A stretch of 64,000 nucleotides of DNA from a virus. The first letter of the stretch is position 1. Every line of letters begins with the position of its first letter. Position numbers and translations under genes: made by a program. The notes under the pieces were generated by a model. It did no database searches. It saw only the letters and a program-made list of their open reading frames with translations, and was not told the DNA's origin. The stretch is from the IMG/VR virus record IMGVR_UViG_3300014911_000001, positions 96,001-160,000 of that record, one strand, 5' to 3'. Positions 60,380 to 64,000 of this stretch are shown here, piece by piece.

Positions 60380-61428
60380 TGTATAAGTATGTTGACATAG
60401 AGGAAGCCGGCAGCAATGTTATCCCTTTGTTTACGATGCATGGGCATACTATGCCGTGGGTTGTGCATAATGTATTTGCTAGTGAAGAGGGCTATGCTGC
60501 AACGGGTTATTACCTCCATCCATTTGATGTCAGTGGTATTAAATATTACTTTTATCATGAGCTTCCATCGGTGCCATCTACATTGAATGTTTATAGAATT
60601 GATGGGGTGCCATTGATTGAACATGTTGATTATGATTTAGTTGGTAATAGAGTTTATCTTGATTGGTATTGGAGGTATGAGTCTATTATTATTGAAGCCG
60701 ATGGTGTGAAGTTAGCTGCTGATTGGATACCATATGAATTGTCAACAGATCCGGTGGCTGATGCTAAGCGACATCATTTTCTTGTTCCTGTTGGAGATAT
60801 AATCGAATTTGACGGTTCGGAAGCGGGGCTTCACTATTATTATCCGCGTCTTATCCCTAGGAAGGTTTCGATGCCGCCTGTTTATTATGACAGGTTTGAT
60901 TTAGTCTGGACGCCGCCTTCTGATACCACATTATATGTTAAAGCGAAGCGGAAGAGATTTATAATTTATCAAACGGTGCCATATGTGACGCTAGATTTGG
61001 CACACTATTATACATGGGATGGTTCTACATATGTTGAGCATGATGTTAGTGATGTATTATATTTTAGGAACACTGGAGAGATAAAGTTTGATGATTATGT
61101 GCCATATGATGAAATAAGTTTCAAGGTTGTATCTATCGACGGGATTGTTATGAATTTAAATATAAATCCTTCAAATCTTGAGTTATTGTCGAGAACTGAG
61201 TACATGCCGTCATTTTTAGTTGGTTATGCCATTACATCTGATGAGTTTATTGTATCAGTTAGAGGATTTGACCACCACATTCATTACTATGATTTTGGAG
61301 ATATTAGGTCTGAGTTACATGGTATTACTGATGTTTTTTGGTTGTGTGAATATAGATTATTAGATCCTTTGAAACGGTTGATGATGGTAAAGCATGATGT
61401 CCATCGAAGGAGAGGAGGGTATGTATAG
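60379..61428 (+). CDS. Putative structural protein
   Basis: 349-aa beta-rich ORF coupled to the previous stop. Confidence 0.6.
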   Translation: MYKYVDIEEAGSNVIPLFTMHGHTMPWVVHNVFASEEGYAATGYYLHPFDVSGIKYYFYHELPSVPSTLNVYRIDGVPLIEHVDYDLVGNRVYLDWYWRYESIIIEADGVKLAADWIPYELSTDPVADAKRHHFLVPVGDIIEFDGSEAGLHYYYPRLIPRKVSMPPVYYDRFDLVWTPPSDTTLYVKAKRKRFIIYQTVPYVTLDLAHYYTWDGSTYVEHDVSDVLYFRNTGEIKFDDYVPYDEISFKVVSIDGIVMNLNINPSNLELLSRTEYMPSFLVGYAITSDEFIVSVRGFDHHIHYYDFGDIRSELHGITDVFWLCEYRLLDPLKRLMMVKHDVHRRRGGYV

Positions 61429-61840
61429 TATTGGCGAGACAGCCATTATACCGGTTTTATTTTTTGATGAATCGTATAGTTTGATGGATCCTGTTGAATT
61501 GGAAGGAGAGTGTGTTACTCTTACGATGTATCGTCTTGATGCAGCGCCGTCCGTAGCAAAGTTTATTGATGACTTTAGATGGATACACACAGGAGCTGCG
61601 GGCTTATATGATCTGGAGGTCATTGTTGAAGAAAATATACTAAGTGGTGGAGATTATTATATTGGGGCAACGAGATATGATGTGGGTATTTATGCATTGA
61701 AGGTTAAGCCGCGGCTTCCTGGCACTTATTATATTGTTGTAGAGGCTCATGCATCTGGTCTTGCTAGCGAATGTGTTTTACAAACCTTTACTGTAAGATT
61801 CATAGAGAAGAGAGATCCATCATTATTATTAATGGAATGA
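61421..61840 (+). CDS. Hypothetical protein, BppU/Ig-like beta sandwich (ATG at 61421)
   Basis: GGAGGG RBS; GETAIIPV...VGIYAL...PGTYYIVVEA pattern. Confidence 0.6.
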   Translation: MYSIGETAIIPVLFFDESYSLMDPVELEGECVTLTMYRLDAAPSVAKFIDDFRWIHTGAAGLYDLEVIVEENILSGGDYYIGATRYDVGIYALKVKPRLPGTYYIVVEAHASGLASECVLQTFTVRFIEKRDPSLLLME

Positions 61841-62241
61841 GTGAGTTATCAACAGCGCGCGGGCTTCACCGTATAGTAATATCATTACCTGATGATACAT
61901 ATACGGCAACTATAAAGCGATTTAAGGATTCGTTATTGTATGAGGAGTCAGTTAATCTCGAGAAGCTTGATACAGAAAAATATCTTCTGGAATTCGTTGA
62001 TAAATCGAGTGATGACGGCTTGATATTTATCCAAGTTGTTAATTCTGTTGGTGATGTAGTGGCTTTTGAGGCTATTGGGGTGAGTGAGGTAAAAACGGAT
62101 GTGTTGTGGTTAGTTGGTTATGCAGATACCTATGGTGTGCGTTATCCATTGGCAAAGGATGCATTTGTTATATTAAATCATAGTGATTTACATTATCTGA
62201 TAAGGAAGAAATTAAAAGGTAACAGGTTTGGGAGGTCATAA
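61837..62241 (+). CDS. Hypothetical protein (ATG at 61837)
   Basis: ATGA overlap with the upstream stop. Confidence 0.6.
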   Translation: MSELSTARGLHRIVISLPDDTYTATIKRFKDSLLYEESVNLEKLDTEKYLLEFVDKSSDDGLIFIQVVNSVGDVVAFEAIGVSEVKTDVLWLVGYADTYGVRYPLAKDAFVILNHSDLHYLIRKKLKGNRFGRS

Positions 62242-62738
62242 TGAATGTTGCGGTTGATAGATTCGTTGTCTTGCCTATAACATTTAGAACTAGTGGTGGG
62301 TATGCTACATTAGATCCATCTACGAATATAGATGTGGACATCACATATCTTCCGAATTTCGATAGTGATGATGGATCGACGGCAGTCAGTACATATAATA
62401 TTTTTAACCCCCTAAGTGACCCGAATGTTTGCATTCTATCCTTCCTGTCATCGAAGAGGGGCATCTATATGGTAAAGGTAACATATACAGGGACTGAAGT
62501 ATTATCAGAACCACCAACTAAGTATTTTGTTGTAACATGTGGTAATGATTATGATCCACCGCTAAAGCATACATATGTATATAATCCTCTAACTGGTAAC
62601 GTATCTGAGGTTCATACAGATTATTATAAAGATAGTGAGAGTACCGAAACCATCTTCAGGAAGAAGATTGTTGGTTTCGTCTATGAAGAGGATGGTGGTG
62701 AAGCACGGCTTAATGAGGTGACGGATAAGAACGAATGA
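62241..62738 (+). CDS. Hypothetical protein
   Basis: GGAGG RBS, 165 aa. Confidence 0.7.
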   Translation: MNVAVDRFVVLPITFRTSGGYATLDPSTNIDVDITYLPNFDSDDGSTAVSTYNIFNPLSDPNVCILSFLSSKRGIYMVKVTYTGTEVLSEPPTKYFVVTCGNDYDPPLKHTYVYNPLTGNVSEVHTDYYKDSESTETIFRKKIVGFVYEEDGGEARLNEVTDKNE

Positions 62739-62968
62739 TACGTAAGGAAAGAGAGACATATGCTGGGGCTGTCTATGTAACTGGTATACCGATGCCTCTG
62801 ACACCGAGGGCATTTGATGGATTATACATTGGGGGGCTTCTTTTGCCTTACTATGTCCCTAATGAGTTCTATGATCGGTTGCAAACAGATGCTGTTAACT
62901 TTATAAATTCTGTTTTTGACTTCTGGAGGCCGGCGGGCTTATGTCGCTACATCTATTTGAAAGATTAG
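62735..62968 (+). CDS. Small hypothetical protein
   Basis: 77 aa, ATGA-coupled. Confidence 0.6.
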   Translation: MIRKERETYAGAVYVTGIPMPLTPRAFDGLYIGGLLLPYYVPNEFYDRLQTDAVNFINSVFDFWRPAGLCRYIYLKD

Positions 62969-64000
62969 GTCTAGGAACAACAGATATAGATCGGACGATC
63001 GATATCCTATTAGAGTTGCGCGATGCGCTTCAGCAGCTATCTAGGTGCGAGAAGCGCAAGCTATTAGAATCATATACTGATTTTGGTGGTTATCCATCTG
63101 ATTTCAAGGAGCTTGTTGCCTTATTAACAAAGATCGAGGCATATGTTGAACTGATTGAACAGCGTTATCCTGTATTTAAGCAGTTCATCGATGATGTTCT
63201 TCGGTCACTTTATGATGTAAGACATCTTACATCTAGTGCTGTTTTTTCCTATATGGATGGTATTAATATCGATTATTACCCAGCGCCTCATCTGTCATCT
63301 GTAACCGAAGAGGTTGATGTTAATGATATAGATGTTAGCGTTGTACCTTATACAGAGGATATTGAAATTGGTGAACATTTTATTGCATGTAGTCTTGAGC
63401 GTCAGGATAACATACAGAAGATTATATTATCTTTTAAATCTCCTATAAAGGCAACGCGGATATGGATGCCGATTTTTGGTGCTAAGGTTAAGAGGTTACT
63501 TATTAATACAGTAAGCGCGGGCTTCGATTACTGGTATGGATACATTGTACCTATACATAGGGTTATTAATGCTGATGATAAGGTAACTATTGTTGTGGAA
63601 ATGATGATGAAGCCGCGCTTCGAGGCTGTTAAGAAGCCGGCTGATGTGTGGAAATTATATAAAAAGCCTACTTGGATTGGAGATGCGGTTATTTTGAAGC
63701 CGCGCTTGGTATTAGATATATCATCAGGCGCGGGGCTTCTTGAAACAACAACACTACCCATGGTATTTGGCGATAATGGTAGTGTTGTGCCGTTTGTTAA
63801 GGTAAATGGAATTTATTTCCCTGCGATTGGTCGTGAATATAATGGGTTACCATTTCCATTTCACTATGATGGGCGATATTATTATTTCCCTATTTATACA
63901 TCTGGTGATTTCACATCTAGTACGCCTCTTATGGGATATCGTACTGAATACAGGTTATTTAAATCATCATCGCTTCCAGAATTATCATATGAGGTCGATT
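62941..64000 (+). CDS. Hypothetical protein (3'-partial; absent from the ORF track)
   Basis: ATG at 62941 (MSLHLFERLGLG...) reads without a stop to the window end. Confidence 0.75.
   Translation, partial: MSLHLFERLGLGTTDIDRTIDILLELRDALQQLSRCEKRKLLESYTDFGGYPSDFKELVALLTKIEAYVELIEQRYPVFKQFIDDVLRSLYDVRHLTSSAVFSYMDGINIDYYPAPHLSSVTEEVDVNDIDVSVVPYTEDIEIGEHFIACSLERQDNIQKIILSFKSPIKATRIWMPIFGAKVKRLLINTVSAGFDYWYGYIVPIHRVINADDKVTIVVEMMMKPRFEAVKKPADVWKLYKKPTWIGDAVILKPRLVLDISSGAGLLETTTLPMVFGDNGSVVPFVKVNGIYFPAIGREYNGLPFPFHYDGRYYYFPIYTSGDFTSSTPLMGYRTEYRLFKSSSLPELSYEVD

Larger units (their letters stand above)
213..63739 (+). repeat. Dispersed short GC-rich motif S(3-10)GCYT(A/C), S = G or C
   Basis: Examples: 213 GCCGGGCTTC, 2971 GCGCGGCTTA, 5688 GGCGGCGGCTTA, 11713 GCGGCGGCTTC, 22605 CGCCGGCGGGCTTA, 34611 GGGGGCGCGGCTTC, 45201 GGGCCGCGGCTTC, 62928 GGCCGGCGGGCTTA. 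Confidence 0.85.
1..64000 (+). mobile_element. Large myovirus-type bacteriophage genome segment (DNA packaging, head, neck, contractile tail, baseplate modules)
   Basis: Co-oriented, overlapping ORFs in the canonical order terminase-portal-protease-capsid-neck-sheath-tube-baseplate; no host housekeeping genes or integrase seen; a peptidoglycan amidase implies a bacterial host. Confidence 0.95.

Noticed and set aside
213-63739. GC motif as a simple restriction/methylation palindrome or codon-usage artefact
   Set aside because: Variable-length degenerate core, asymmetry and occurrence in different reading frames argue against it, though formal statistics are still needed
311-63761. Minus-strand ORFs and short nested + strand ORFs in the track
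   Set aside because: All are shadows of long + strand genes, with no recognisable motifs
1-64000. CRISPR array, tRNA/rRNA genes, integrase/att sites, diversity-generating retroelement repeats
   Set aside because: No regularly spaced direct repeats, cloverleaf-sized intergenic gaps, recombinase or reverse transcriptase motifs were seen by eye; the Cas4-like domain has no cas context
1-64000. Alternative genetic code (stop-codon reassignment)
   Set aside because: Coding density is near-complete under the standard code, and TAA, TGA and TAG all end genes that abut the next start

Overview
The whole window is the virion-morphogenesis region of a large, AT-rich tailed bacteriophage with a contractile tail (myovirus). 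About 45 tightly packed genes lie on the + strand in the standard genetic code. In order: GroES-like co-chaperonin, free-standing endonuclease, probable small terminase, four basic proteins, large terminase (with intein), two unknowns, portal (with intein), prohead protease/scaffold, head decoration, major capsid, neck proteins, an enlarged sheath, three tail-tube paralogues, giant virion proteins, baseplate hub/spike/wedge/J, and fibre-like proteins. Three things stand out. (1) A 2353-aa gene in the tail module carries motifs of both barrels of a two-barrel RNA polymerase (atypical DWDTD catalytic loop), fused to a DEDDh-type exonuclease and flanked by hydrophobic anchors. It sits between a tape-measure-like protein with an apparently dead Cas4-like domain and a peptidoglycan amidase, suggesting an injected, membrane-tethered transcription/entry module. 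(2) A GC-rich motif, S(3-10)GCYT(A/C) with S = G or C, recurs roughly 100 times (by-eye count) inside genes, in different reading frames and mostly on one strand. (3) A stand-alone T9SS C-terminal-domain-like gene lies between sheath and tube. All functional calls come from motif recognition and gene order; no database searches were run.
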